A stretch of 64,000 nucleotides of DNA, taken from the IMG/VR virus record IMGVR_UViG_2639762957_000001, positions 23,646-87,645 of that record; one strand, written 5' to 3'. A program made the position numbers and the translations under genes. The notes beneath the pieces are model-generated. The model had not been told where the DNA came from. It did no database searches and worked only from the letters and a program-made list of their open reading frames with translations. The DNA is from a virus. Lineage: Duplodnaviria; Caudoviricetes. Shown piece after piece: positions 46,100 through 54,800 of this stretch; within the stretch, counting starts at the first letter, position 1; every line of letters starts with the position of its first letter.

Positions 46100-46688
46100 G
46101 GTGTTTTTCCCTCATCTCCTTTAGGCGGGCAACGGCATCAATTTTCGCGTCGACGCTCAGGCTGCCTTTGATTTCTGTCTGCTGCTTCTGCTTCCAGTCT
46201 TTCCCGGCGCGGTTCGTCAAGTAGAAGATAGCGGCCCGCGTGTCCGGCGGGTAGTAGCAGACGCCGTCCTTTTCCGTCGTCGTGATGGTCTTTTTGCCGT
46301 CCTTCTCGACGGTGACGGTTTCTTTTTCGTGGATCGTCTTTTCAATGCCCGTGGCCCTTGCGTATACCGCGTTTTCTACTTTCGCGACGCAATATTCTTT
46401 TGGCTCTTTGAGCACCTCCGAAAACTCCGGATGCTTCTTTTGCCAATCGTAGAAGGTGGACTGGGTAATGCCGATGTAGTCGGCAATCTCGTCATTCGTC
46501 CATCCTTTGTGGACCATGGACTTTACGATGAGCAAATTTTGCTCCGTGTGGAATTTCGCCCAGGTCACGCTGCGGCGCCTTTTAGTTTTTATTTTGCGCG
46601 CGCTATTTGGGCGCGTATTATTTTTATTTAAAAATATCTTATCCCGCTTAATCGGGGTTCCTCGAATCTTATTCGCCTTCGCCGTCAT
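46089..46688 (-). CDS. Terminase small subunit (HTH)
   Basis: 'TNDEIADYIGI..STFY.W.K.HPEF', 'PPDT.AAIF.L.NR...W'. Confidence 0.75.
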   Translation of the reverse strand: MTAKANKIRGTPIKRDKIFLNKNNTRPNSARKIKTKRRRSVTWAKFHTEQNLLIVKSMVHKGWTNDEIADYIGITQSTFYDWQKKHPEFSEVLKEPKEYCVAKVENAVYARATGIEKTIHEKETVTVEKDGKKTITTTEKDGVCYYPPDTRAAIFYLTNRAGKDWKQKQQTEIKGSLSVDAKIDAVARLKEMREKHHDE

Positions 46689-46952
46689 TTAAAGACCCTC
46701 TTTCGTGATGTATACGGGACCGGCTCATGGTTCAAGTCCGAGACGTTGCGCTTACGATGGAATTTCCGTTCAAAGCAGACGCAGCGTTCGTGTACGATTT
46801 CAAGCCGCATGTTCGTGCACAGCTCCATGCGGTTGTACTTGCAGCGGATGTTATCGCAGTGAATCATGGCCGTCCCCCCTTTCCGGGTACAAAAAAGGCG
46901 CTCCGCTTATTTGGCGAGCGCCGTTATTTTGTTGTTCTTTGACACTATCATT

Positions 46953-47450
46953 TTACCACATGTTCGACTCCGATTTACTCCGAACTTTCAATAGAGCAAT
47001 CAATTTCCGCATCCACGCGGCCCGGATATAGCCGTTCAGCTGCTCCAATCCCATTCGGTGTCCGTCGTAGGTCCGCGACGGCGACAGGTGAACCCGCAGG
47101 GCTATTTGTTCCCAGGTCAGGAAGTCGATGTAGTAATATTTTAAAATCGTCCGTTCCCGTGCGTCCGGCAGCAGGGCAATAAAGTCTTTGCCCGCTTCCC
47201 GCATCTGGTAAAGGGCCGCTTCTTCTTTGGCGATACGCCGCACAAATCGTTCGATATGAACCGGCACGGCAGATAAATCGTTCGGCCCGCCCCGCCCGAC
47301 GCAGGGCCGCGCCGGGTTCGAGACTTTGATACACATGCCGTTTTCTTCGAGATAGCGTTCGTACTTGAGTTCTTCCAGTTCGTAGTGCTGCTCCCGTATG
47401 ATTAGCAAAAATTTCTTCGCATCCGTGATGTTTGCTTTTACAATATCCAT
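46953..47450 (-). CDS. RinA/ArpU-like late transcriptional activator
   Basis: 'L.D..ER.IL...YI...TWEQIA...H.S' upstream of terS. Confidence 0.7.
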   Translation of the reverse strand: MDIVKANITDAKKFLLIIREQHYELEELKYERYLEENGMCIKVSNPARPCVGRGGPNDLSAVPVHIERFVRRIAKEEAALYQMREAGKDFIALLPDARERTILKYYYIDFLTWEQIALRVHLSPSRTYDGHRMGLEQLNGYIRAAWMRKLIALLKVRSKSESNMW

Positions 47451-47462
47451 GCCGTCACCTCG

Positions 47463-47669
47463 TTACCGCCCCCTTCTTGGTATCCGTGCTATGGGGCACC
47501 AATACTGTACTCTTTTTTTGTCTACGAGCTGCTGCACGTCGTCGACGATCCAGTATTCCCCGTCAAACAGTCCGCAGACAGGGAAGCCGTATTCCGTATC
47601 GGCGTACATCGCACACAGTACACGGCGCCCGACAGCCGGCATTTCTTCGCTAGTCGCTACCCATTTCAT
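47463..47669 (-). CDS. DUF551-like phage protein
   Basis: 'MKW....EMP.....VL...V.YW.P'. Confidence 0.6.
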   Translation of the reverse strand: MKWVATSEEMPAVGRRVLCAMYADTEYGFPVCGLFDGEYWIVDDVQQLVDKKRVQYWCPIARIPRRGR

Positions 47670-47674
47670 CGCAA

Positions 47675-48763
47675 TCAGTCCTTCCCTCGTTTCTTCTTCA
47701 TTTGCTCATCAATGACTCGCAAGTGGTCCAACTCCCGATACATTTCATGGCATTCGTATTGCGTATCGTTGATGTACTTATCCTCGGTGATATTCCCGTC
47801 ATTGTATTTGTTGTAAATCGTCCATAGTTTGTGGAGCCTTGCGTAAGCGCTGTCTGCTACGGTTCGGTGTGCTTTCATCAACTGCCGGTATTCGTCGTCC
47901 ATATAATCGTCTTCCGGTTCCGCTTCCACCGGCGGCGTTTCTTCCGGCGGTACGGCTGCCGGCGCTGTTGGTGTTTCCGGTGTTTCCGGTGCTTTCGCAG
48001 GCACGGCCGCTTCTTTCGGTTCGTCGTCGATGAAGTCCATTATCGTGGTCTGCCGCGGGTCATCCCGGCAAACACCCACGCCGTTCATGTCTTTGTAATG
48101 ACGGACGTCGGCGAGGGTGATTTCTTCAATGCCAAATGTGTTATGTGTTGCCAGCAGTCCTTCCTGGTCTTCCGGTCGAAGCTGGCAGATTTCATAGGCT
48201 GCCGAGACGCCCAGTTTGCCGTCTTTCATTTTCTGTTGCAAGTCAACGACGAGGTTATTGTAAATCGCACAGAGGCGGCCAATGCTGCCGCTGCTCTTGT
48301 GCAGCAGTTTCTGCATGGCCTGCCGTTTCGGTTCGTTGATAAGCCCTTCGTGCCGCTGCCGCGTAATCAGTTCGTCGGCACGTTGCGCCTGGAGTACTTC
48401 TTCCCAAGGCGTGAGGATACGGGCCGCGCTGTTGGCACGGATCATCAGGCGTTCCGCTTTTGCATGGTCCGGCTCGATTTCGCAGGGCAGGTCCGCTTCT
48501 ACGTCGGCACCGTCGGCCAGTAATTCCTTGACCGCCTGGCAGCGCCGGTGCCCGCTGATAATTAAATAGGTCCCGTCTTTTTGCGGTTCGACGATGAGGT
48601 TTTGACGGACCCCCCCGTCTTCCATGATGGACGCTTTGAGTTCCGACAGGTCCCCGATGTGGTAAAAATTATCCGGGTTCGGGATAAGCTTTTCGACATT
48701 GATAGCCCGTACGGCCCGTGTCGTCCGCTGCGGCACGAAGCCAAGGCTTTCTGCTAAGTTCAT
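47675..48763 (-). CDS. parB: ParB/Sulfiredoxin-domain protein
   Basis: 'LIPNP.NFY', 'IISGHRR..A', then HTH. Confidence 0.85.
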   Translation of the reverse strand: MNLAESLGFVPQRTTRAVRAINVEKLIPNPDNFYHIGDLSELKASIMEDGGVRQNLIVEPQKDGTYLIISGHRRCQAVKELLADGADVEADLPCEIEPDHAKAERLMIRANSAARILTPWEEVLQAQRADELITRQRHEGLINEPKRQAMQKLLHKSSGSIGRLCAIYNNLVVDLQQKMKDGKLGVSAAYEICQLRPEDQEGLLATHNTFGIEEITLADVRHYKDMNGVGVCRDDPRQTTIMDFIDDEPKEAAVPAKAPETPETPTAPAAVPPEETPPVEAEPEDDYMDDEYRQLMKAHRTVADSAYARLHKLWTIYNKYNDGNITEDKYINDTQYECHEMYRELDHLRVIDEQMKKKRGKD

Positions 48764-49527
48764 TGTTTGCCCCCTTTGTCCAAATTGGACAGTCTGTCTG
48801 CCATTTCGTTGAATACTTTCCGGTACTGCCAGGCCGGCCGTGTCGTCATGGGACGCAGCGGGTGTTTCTTGTCCGGTCCGGCAATTTCCGCCAGCGGTTT
48901 ATGCTCAATCGTGCTTTCGGATACCCACTTGCTGCGGCTGATGGTTGTATCAAAGAGCGGCAGCCGTTCCCGCAGCAGTTTCTTGATAGCGTCACTATAG
49001 GGCGTCTTTTCGTCATGCGTGACCAGCACCCCCAGGACGCGGGCGTCGATCGCCGCTTCCTGCAAATTCTCCAGCTGCTGCATGAGGTTCGAGAGGCCGT
49101 TCGTGCTGAACGCATCCAGTCGAATGGGAATAATCAGGTAGTCCGCGCAGCGTATCGCACCTGCCGTCAGTTTCCCCAGGTCTGCCTGGCAGTCAATCAG
49201 GCAGAGGTCGTATTGGTCGGCATAGCGGTCCACATCGAGTGCCGCATCCTCCTGCGCCGCCAGGGACAGGTTGCCCGGCAGGATATCCAGCCAGGCCCAG
49301 TCCGTGCCGATGGGGTGATCTTCCAGGGGACCGTCACTGTAGCGGTTGAAGTATTGGGACAGGTTCCCCTGCGGGTCCCTGTCTACCAGCAACACACGGC
49401 GCAGGGATCCCCGCTTCGTTCCCGGCAGCCGTTTCGTGCGATGGGTCGCGTAAAGCTGCCCCAGGTTCGCGGCGGTAATGGTCTTGCCTACGCCGCCCTT
49501 GAGACTGTACACAGCAATCTTAATCAT
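48760..49527 (-). CDS. parA: ParA family ATPase
   Basis: KGGVGKT, VLLVDRDPQGNLS, YD..LIDC. Confidence 0.85.
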   Translation of the reverse strand: MIKIAVYSLKGGVGKTITAANLGQLYATHRTKRLPGTKRGSLRRVLLVDRDPQGNLSQYFNRYSDGPLEDHPIGTDWAWLDILPGNLSLAAQEDAALDVDRYADQYDLCLIDCQADLGKLTAGAIRCADYLIIPIRLDAFSTNGLSNLMQQLENLQEAAIDARVLGVLVTHDEKTPYSDAIKKLLRERLPLFDTTISRSKWVSESTIEHKPLAEIAGPDKKHPLRPMTTRPAWQYRKVFNEMADRLSNLDKGGKQ

Positions 49528-49966
49528 GGCAGTGCTCCTTTTCATAGACAAATTTCAAATGGCAAAATTCACTTCGCACGCTCAGGCCGGAACGCTGGCA
49601 GCGCGCACGAATGACGGCCATCATCTGGCCATAGCCGCCGTACCCCATTTTGCGCCCTAAATCTTCGACGTCAGAAAGAAAGCTTTTCTTCGGCTTTTCT
49701 TTTGGGGCTGGCTTCTTCGCTTCTTTGTATTCCGGGTGCGCGACGTGCCAGCGCTGCGCGATGATACGCCGGCTGATACGCTTGCACTTTTCGCTGCAAT
49801 ATTTTTTCCCGCGCCGGGCGTCGGGCATGACGGCCCCGCAGACGCAGCATGTCCCGTGTTCCGGATGATAGATTCGCTTTTCTACGGCGTGGGCACATTC
49901 GTCACAGAGGTCCCGCTTCCGGTCTGCTTCAAACGTCGCCCCGCAAAATACACAGGTTCGGATCAT
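49520..49966 (-). CDS. Cys-rich Zn-finger hypothetical protein
   Basis: Several CxxC pairs, 'KYCSEKC'. Confidence 0.6.
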   Translation of the reverse strand: MIRTCVFCGATFEADRKRDLCDECAHAVEKRIYHPEHGTCCVCGAVMPDARRGKKYCSEKCKRISRRIIAQRWHVAHPEYKEAKKPAPKEKPKKSFLSDVEDLGRKMGYGGYGQMMAVIRARCQRSGLSVRSEFCHLKFVYEKEHCHD

Positions 49967-50265
49967 TCTTTCAGCGCCCCCTTTTCACCGTACAGACGGT
50001 GCAGATAATCGACGCAGACTTCCCGCACCACGGCCGGTGCCTGGTGGTGGCGTACGAAGTGACAGTGCGGGCAGAGCATGACGACTTTCGTTTCTTCGTC
50101 GCTGCGGTAAATGCCGCATGGCTCATGGTGATACTTGACGCCGTATTCGATAGGCGCCCCGCACCAGATACAATGGCCGCCGTCGCGTTCGTAAATCTTA
50201 TCGTAGAATTCCCTTGCCTTGCATCCTGTCAGGTGGACTCTCTTCTTCTTTTCAAGTGCTGCCAT
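49963..50265 (-). CDS. HNH-like endonuclease
   Basis: 'YERDGGHCIWCG...YHH...LCPHCHF.RH'. Confidence 0.7.
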   Translation of the reverse strand: MAALEKKKRVHLTGCKAREFYDKIYERDGGHCIWCGAPIEYGVKYHHEPCGIYRSDEETKVVMLCPHCHFVRHHQAPAVVREVCVDYLHRLYGEKGALKE

Positions 50266-50504
50266 TTTTTGTCCTTCCTTTCGTTGGTCCGGGTACGATA
50301 GACCCGGAACTTGACCAGGCGCTTTTCGTAGATGTACTCCACGCGCCCATAACATTCTTTCCCGGTCCGCTGCCCGCAGGTGAATTCGACGAAGTGCAGT
50401 ATCTCATCGACCTTGATGCACTCGTTTTTTCCGAGCAGCAGCGTGTTTTCCCGTCCCTCTGCCACGGCAGCGAACGGTCCCGGTTCTTTTCGGATCAGGT
50501 ACAC
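50229..50504 (-). CDS. ASCH/DUF3850-like small protein
   Basis: 'P..F.AV..G', 'D.L.F.E.....TG'. Confidence 0.45.
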   Translation of the reverse strand: MYLIRKEPGPFAAVAEGRENTLLLGKNECIKVDEILHFVEFTCGQRTGKECYGRVEYIYEKRLVKFRVYRTRTNERKDKKWQHLKRRREST

Positions 50505-51231
50505 TATGGGAATCCTCCTCTCTTATCATGCGATAGAACATGTACGGGAAGCCGTACGCCGTATAGCCGTACTGCACGGGCTTTTCGATGTAGTAGCCCT
50601 TCTTCGGTTTCGGGTCCCGCCACGTCTTCGACTGTATGACTTGTTTTTCGACCTTCGGTTTACGGAGGTTGCGGCTGCACCGATAGCGCGAACGCTGGCA
50701 GCGTTCCTTCTGGCAGTACGTTTCCCGCGTCTCTTTGACAAGGTACTTGGCGACCCGTTCCGCATCTTCCGGAGCGCCGTCGTAAAAGCGGAAGGCCTTG
50801 TACGGAATCCTGCCCCACTTCCAAAGCGCCTGGTATTCCCGCCGTCCCCAGCCTATGTTGTTGACGAGCAGATGATGGTGGGGCCGGTGCCCCTGCCCTT
50901 CACTCGTGCCGATCCATTTCAATTCGTGCCCCGCCGCCCGGTAATGCCGCCGCAGCGTGAGCAGGAAGTTGTCGAACCGTCGTTTCGCTTCTTCTTCCGT
51001 TGGTTCCTCCCCTTCGTAGGTCAAGTCCAGGCGGATATCTTCTTCGCCGAAGTTCTCCAGGATGAGCAGGCGCAGGTTGCGGACGGAATTCTTCTCGTTC
51101 ACCTTCCATTGCTCCGCGCAGGTCTTCTTCTCTTTCTTTGCCCTGGGCATCGACGGGGTCCGGTATCGGGACGTGTGATATTTTCTTACCTCGATGACAG
51201 GCCCTGCTGTCACGGTCTCCATGACATACAT
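50404..51231 (-). CDS. HUH rolling-circle-type replication initiator
   Basis: Motif I 'LDLTY', motif II 'RPHHHLLVN', motif III 'VAKYLVKE'. Confidence 0.75.
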   Translation of the reverse strand: MYVMETVTAGPVIEVRKYHTSRYRTPSMPRAKKEKKTCAEQWKVNEKNSVRNLRLLILENFGEEDIRLDLTYEGEEPTEEEAKRRFDNFLLTLRRHYRAAGHELKWIGTSEGQGHRPHHHLLVNNIGWGRREYQALWKWGRIPYKAFRFYDGAPEDAERVAKYLVKETRETYCQKERCQRSRYRCSRNLRKPKVEKQVIQSKTWRDPKPKKGYYIEKPVQYGYTAYGFPYMFYRMIREEDSHSVPDPKRTGTVRCRGRGTGKHAAARKKRVHQGR

Positions 51232-51384
51232 GTCGTACCTCCTGCCGTCGGTCGAATGTTTGTATATTTAATACCTTTAAGCAAGTGTAAAATAGGGGCT
51301 TCCCCCTATCGGTTTTTCCTTGCTATATGTTATACTTGTAGTGTACCGACGATCTCTTTTTGCAACACAAGGACGAAAAGCGCT

Positions 51385-51648
51385 TCATTCTTTATGAGTG
51401 AGGCGCTTTTCTATTGCCCTCATGTCATTACGGAATTTCTCTACCGCCCGGCCGCCGCGTGTTGCCGGCAGCGGTCCGGACGCTGCGAGTGTTTCTTTGG
51501 ATATTTTCTTTATGCCGTACCAGCAGGACCACAACATGGTCCCCGCAAAATACGGGCATGTCTTACAGTGTTCCTGGCAAATGTCCGTCTCCCTGGCCTT
51601 GCAGTAAATCCAGCTGTTCGACGGTTTACCGCAGACGGGACAATTCAT
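51385..51648 (-). CDS. Cys-rich hypothetical protein
   Basis: CPVC, CQEHCKTC; operonic. Confidence 0.55.
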   Translation of the reverse strand: MNCPVCGKPSNSWIYCKARETDICQEHCKTCPYFAGTMLWSCWYGIKKISKETLAASGPLPATRGGRAVEKFRNDMRAIEKRLTHKE

Positions 51649-51869
51649 CGTCCCTCCAACAGTGCGAAAAGATCTTCGCCGTCATGCTGTGCGAGGAACG
51701 CGTTGAGCGTGTACTTCCGGATGCTCTTCGACGTTCCCCGTCTCATGCACGTCAGGGCGCCAGCCTTGATGAGTTTGCCGACAATGGCCGGCGACGTCCG
51801 CAGGCGCGCTGCCGTTTCATCAATGCTCATGAGACGGTCCCCGTCGTCCGGGAAAATTCTGTCGTTCAT
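51645..51869 (-). CDS. Excisionase-like HTH protein
   Basis: 'LMSIDETAARL...LIKAGAL...IRKYTLNAFL'. Confidence 0.7.
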   Translation of the reverse strand: MNDRIFPDDGDRLMSIDETAARLRTSPAIVGKLIKAGALTCMRRGTSKSIRKYTLNAFLAQHDGEDLFALLEGR

Positions 51870-51878
51870 GGCTGCCTC

Positions 51879-52205
51879 CTAAAATTTAATAATCAGGCGC
51901 TGGCCCGGCTGCAATTTATCGTTGCCGCCAATGCCGTTGTCTTTTTGGATTTCCCAGATAATGCGGCGGATATCATCCTGTTCACTGGCCACGCTGCCGG
52001 CAATGTCCCAGAGAGTTTCCCCTTCTTCGACATAATGCACCTGTTGCTGCCGTTCCACGGCCCTGACTTCCTGGCTGGCCGTATGGCCGATATACGCGCC
52101 AACGCAAAACGATAACGTCAGCCCCAGGCCTACGGCTATGATTTTGCGGACCTTTGACTTTTTCGGCGCTGCGCTGCTGTGATCTCTGATTTCCATGACT
52201 TTCAT
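51879..52205 (-). CDS. LysM membrane protein (YneA-like)
   Basis: TM followed by 'V.EGETLWDIA...N.I....LQPGQRL.I'. Confidence 0.8.
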   Translation of the reverse strand: MKVMEIRDHSSAAPKKSKVRKIIAVGLGLTLSFCVGAYIGHTASQEVRAVERQQQVHYVEEGETLWDIAGSVASEQDDIRRIIWEIQKDNGIGGNDKLQPGQRLIIKF

Positions 52206-52612
52206 TTGTCATCACCTACTTTATAAGACTGCGAATCGGCAATCGTGAAAAAGTTCGGCTTGTATTCCGGATGCGCTTTCATCCAGGCAAAGAAGACGGT
52301 TTCAATCGCGTCATTCAGTTCGTCCTGGTCTTCTTTCGTCACACAGTCCAGCCAGCCTATGCAGTAGTCCCCGGCTTCGTCGTAGGCCTGGTCTTGCAGC
52401 CGGTCGAATAATTCGTCGGCGATCATCACGACGGGGCGGAACGATTGTACCTGGCCAACCCATACCGTCGAATACCCATACTGCCGGGCATCGTCCATGG
52501 CCTCTTCCAGGGCTGCCTCTTTGCGGTCAAAGAAGACGCCGTTATAGTCTTCTTCGTCGCCCAGGGCATAGGCCCACTTATTTGTCATTTCCATTCCTAT
52601 CCCTCCTATCAA
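52202..52612 (-). CDS. Acidic phage hypothetical protein
   Basis: GGAGG RBS, operonic. Confidence 0.6.
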   Translation of the reverse strand: MIGGIGMEMTNKWAYALGDEEDYNGVFFDRKEAALEEAMDDARQYGYSTVWVGQVQSFRPVVMIADELFDRLQDQAYDEAGDYCIGWLDCVTKEDQDELNDAIETVFFAWMKAHPEYKPNFFTIADSQSYKVGDDK

Positions 52613-52866
52613 TAAATTAATCGTTCGCCTTCACTGTCTTCTATTTCGTCTTTCCAATCCATGACAATGGCTTCGCCTATTGTTGACCCCTTTGTCGTCT
52701 CCAGTATTTCGGCGACGGCGTGCAGATAGCCAACGGCCAAATAGGTGGCGTAGTCCCTGGCCTTTGTATTGGCCGGATCCTGCCGAAGCTTTTTCTGTTG
52801 AGCAATAGCCATGCTCCAACGTGCTTTTAGGCCTATTTCAGCTGCCTTTAATTCCCTGTCTGTCAT
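52609..52866 (-). CDS. Hypothetical protein
   Basis: GAGG RBS, operonic. Confidence 0.55.
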   Translation of the reverse strand: MTDRELKAAEIGLKARWSMAIAQQKKLRQDPANTKARDYATYLAVGYLHAVAEILETTKGSTIGEAIVMDWKDEIEDSEGERLIY

Positions 52867-52870
52867 GGCG

Positions 52871-53083
52871 CTACCTCACAAACCACTTGGCAGCCCCGTT
52901 GATGACGTCCACAATCATGGCCGCCGGGCTGTCAAAAGCGACGCTGATGTGTTTAGGTTCATAAACGGCAAGGTCCGTAAATTCCACGGTCTTCCCGTCT
53001 TCGCTCAGAATCAGACAGGCATTAACGCCCGCTGCTTCCAGCGCCTTCTGCAAATACGCCAGCACTTCTCTTTTCTGTTCCAT
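52871..53083 (-). CDS. Hypothetical protein (starts within repeat copy 1)
   Basis: AAGGAG RBS; MEQKRE. Confidence 0.6.
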   Translation of the reverse strand: MEQKREVLAYLQKALEAAGVNACLILSEDGKTVEFTDLAVYEPKHISVAFDSPAAMIVDVINGAAKWFVR

Positions 53084-53143
53084 CTGGTTCTCCTTTCTTA
53101 TTCCCCCTTCATGCTATAATGGCCATGAAAGGAGGTGTTTTCA

Positions 53144-53380
53144 TTGGATAAAGAAACACTGGAAATTATCGAGCGGTTAGAACAAATTAACGAGAGCTAC
53201 ATAAAGTCAATCCAATCAACGCAAAATTCTTTGTCTATTTGCCAAATCATTCTAACGGCTGCCACTGTTATTAATGTAGCAATTGTATTTTTTACTCTTC
53301 CCAATGTTCCTGATGCGCTTTACTGCGTAGTAACAATCGTTGTTTTAATAGCTGCGATAGGTGTAATATTTAAGCTTTAA
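53144..53380 (+). CDS. Small two-TM protein (cassette 1, rightward)
   Basis: Own extended -10 promoter and RBS; AT-rich. Confidence 0.65.
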   Translation: MDKETLEIIERLEQINESYIKSIQSTQNSLSICQIILTAATVINVAIVFFTLPNVPDALYCVVTIVVLIAAIGVIFKL

Positions 53381-53548
53381 CACCCGGCGAAGAATTCCAA
53401 TGCCTATTACCGGGCAAATCGCTATGCAGATGTATTTGAAATCCAGCGTTGTAATTCCAATCCCTGCGAATATCCCAAACATGATATCTAGCAGGGAGCT
53501 TGCTATAATGAGAGCCTTGTTTTCCTGAGGCTCTTTTTTCTTTTCCAT
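53345..53548 (-). CDS. Small two-TM protein (cassette 1, leftward)
   Basis: MEKKKEP; 3' overlap with its partner. Confidence 0.6.
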   Translation of the reverse strand: MEKKKEPQENKALIIASSLLDIMFGIFAGIGITTLDFKYICIAICPVIGIGILRRVLKLKYYTYRSY

Positions 53549-53620
53549 TCATCCTCATCCCCCTTTCTCCTTTTCTGTTTCCCCTTCATGCTATAATGAC
53601 CATGAAAGGAGGTGTTTCCT

Positions 53621-53941
53621 ATGAATCAATGCGAACGTGAAAAGCTTGTATTACTTATTGCTTCTGGCTGCAATTCATATCAAGCAATTCGTGCTGCCCT
53701 GCCGTCTTTAAAAGATATTGACTTGAAATATGACGAGGCTGCCCTTGTTTCAATGGTTAATGAGTCAAACGAACATGCCATTTACCATTTTCACCCTGAC
53801 GACCAATTTATCCTTACAGAATCCGGTGAGTCTTTGTTGTATCAAATAAGGAAAGACCGTCGGCGTGAGCGTGAAACAATTATTTCAATTATCTTGTCCG
53901 CTATTGCTGCTGTTACCGGTGTAATAGCATTGATATGTTAA
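53621..53941 (+). CDS. Small protein with C-terminal TM (cassette 2, rightward)
   Basis: Own promoter and RBS; 'F.LT..G' then a TM. Confidence 0.65.
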   Translation: MNQCEREKLVLLIASGCNSYQAIRAALPSLKDIDLKYDEAALVSMVNESNEHAIYHFHPDDQFILTESGESLLYQIRKDRRRERETIISIILSAIAAVTGVIALIC

Positions 53942-54083
53942 TTGCGATACACACAACAGCGATTACAATAAAAACTAATGAAACGGCTGCCATTGTCCCC
54001 GGATGCAGCCACGCCCAATAATCGAACTGCTCCAAACTTCTGTGAAGCCTTGTAACAAAACAGGGCTTCCTTTTCTTTTCCAT
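53913..54083 (-). CDS. 56-aa single-TM protein (cassette 2, leftward; not in ORF track)
   Basis: GAGGAGG RBS; MEKKRKPCFV...SMLLHR*. Confidence 0.6.
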   Translation of the reverse strand: MEKKRKPCFVTRLHRSLEQFDYWAWLHPGTMAAVSLVFIVIAVVCIAINISMLLHR

Positions 54084-54155
54084 TCCTCCTCATCCCCCTT
54101 TCTCCTTTTCTGTTTCCCCTTCATGCTATAATTGATGCAAAAGGAGGTGAATATT

Positions 54156-54317
54156 ATGGTTGACTTGGAAACTAAAGCCCATGAAATTACTATGGAATAC
54201 TTGCACCAAAATCCCGTTACGGGTATTAACGGGCAGAAAGCCTCTCCAGAAGCTTTTGCTAGAGCTTACCAAACGTATTTCCATAGAATTTTAGCCGTTA
54301 TGCGATCCCAGCACTAA
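54156..54317 (+). CDS. 53-aa soluble protein (cassette 3, rightward)
   Basis: Own promoter and AGGAGGTG RBS. Confidence 0.6.
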   Translation: MVDLETKAHEITMEYLHQNPVTGINGQKASPEAFARAYQTYFHRILAVMRSQH

Positions 54318-54463
54318 AGTTGTATAACTGCGTAGGCTTGCAGATTCTCTCCTGCAATCTGTAGCGTCTCCATCGCTTCTTCATAGGTAAGGCCGTCTAA
54401 GAGTTTTCTCACTTCTTGGGCGGTCTTTCTTACTTTTTCCATGTCCACTTCTTTCTGATCCAT
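54314..54463 (-). CDS. 49-aa soluble protein (cassette 3, leftward; not in ORF track)
   Basis: AAGGTGG RBS; MDQKEVDMEK...VIQL*; stop overlaps the partner's stop. Confidence 0.55.
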   Translation of the reverse strand: MDQKEVDMEKVRKTAQEVRKLLDGLTYEEAMETLQIAGENLQAYAVIQL

Positions 54464-54482
54464 TGGCTTACCACCTTCTTTC

Positions 54483-54800
54483 TCAATTCTTGTTACTTAT
54501 CGCCCTGTTCTCATCGCTTGCCCGAAGGTCTGTAATCATGGTCCTGATATCTTCGTTATTATCAAGACATTCGATATTGAAGCGTTCCAGTTCGTCCGGT
54601 GTCATCATTATGACTCGGTGCCCTGCGGCTGTGTAAATATGGGCCTGAATCATCATCTTCCCATTTACCAGGCCGCTGTCCATGTCAATGAAATGTATTT
54701 TATCGACGTTAATACACCGTGCAGATTCCGACCACTTGCCGTCTCTTATGTTGATTTTCTGCTGTATGTAAAATCTTCCCATCCGAATCATCTCCTTCAT
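54483..54800 (-). CDS. Hypothetical protein
   Basis: Operonic ORF. Confidence 0.55.
   Translation of the reverse strand: MKEMIRMGRFYIQQKINIRDGKWSESARCINVDKIHFIDMDSGLVNGKMMIQAHIYTAAGHRVIMMTPDELERFNIECLDNNEDIRTMITDLRASDENRAISNKN

Larger units (their letters stand above)
53070..54149. repeat. Three copies of a bidirectional expression repeat (leftward RBS+start / rightward TGcTATAAT+AAAGGAGGTG)
   Basis: Copies ~53070-53140, 53536-53617 and 54071-54149; 53536-53597 and 54071-54132 match at 61 of 62 nt. Confidence 0.9.

Noticed and set aside
50380-51882. 500-aa + strand ORF and similar long antisense ORFs (e.g. 6982-7914, 12129-12914, 40651-41859, 43079-43990, 48718-49614)
   Set aside because: Shadow frames opposite well-supported GC-rich genes, with no RBS or recognisable motifs.
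53070-54149. CRISPR array or true integron attC sites
   Set aside because: Spacers are 400-500 bp gene pairs. There are no GTTRRRY/RYYYAAC attC ends and no IntI; the repeats are promoter/RBS modules.
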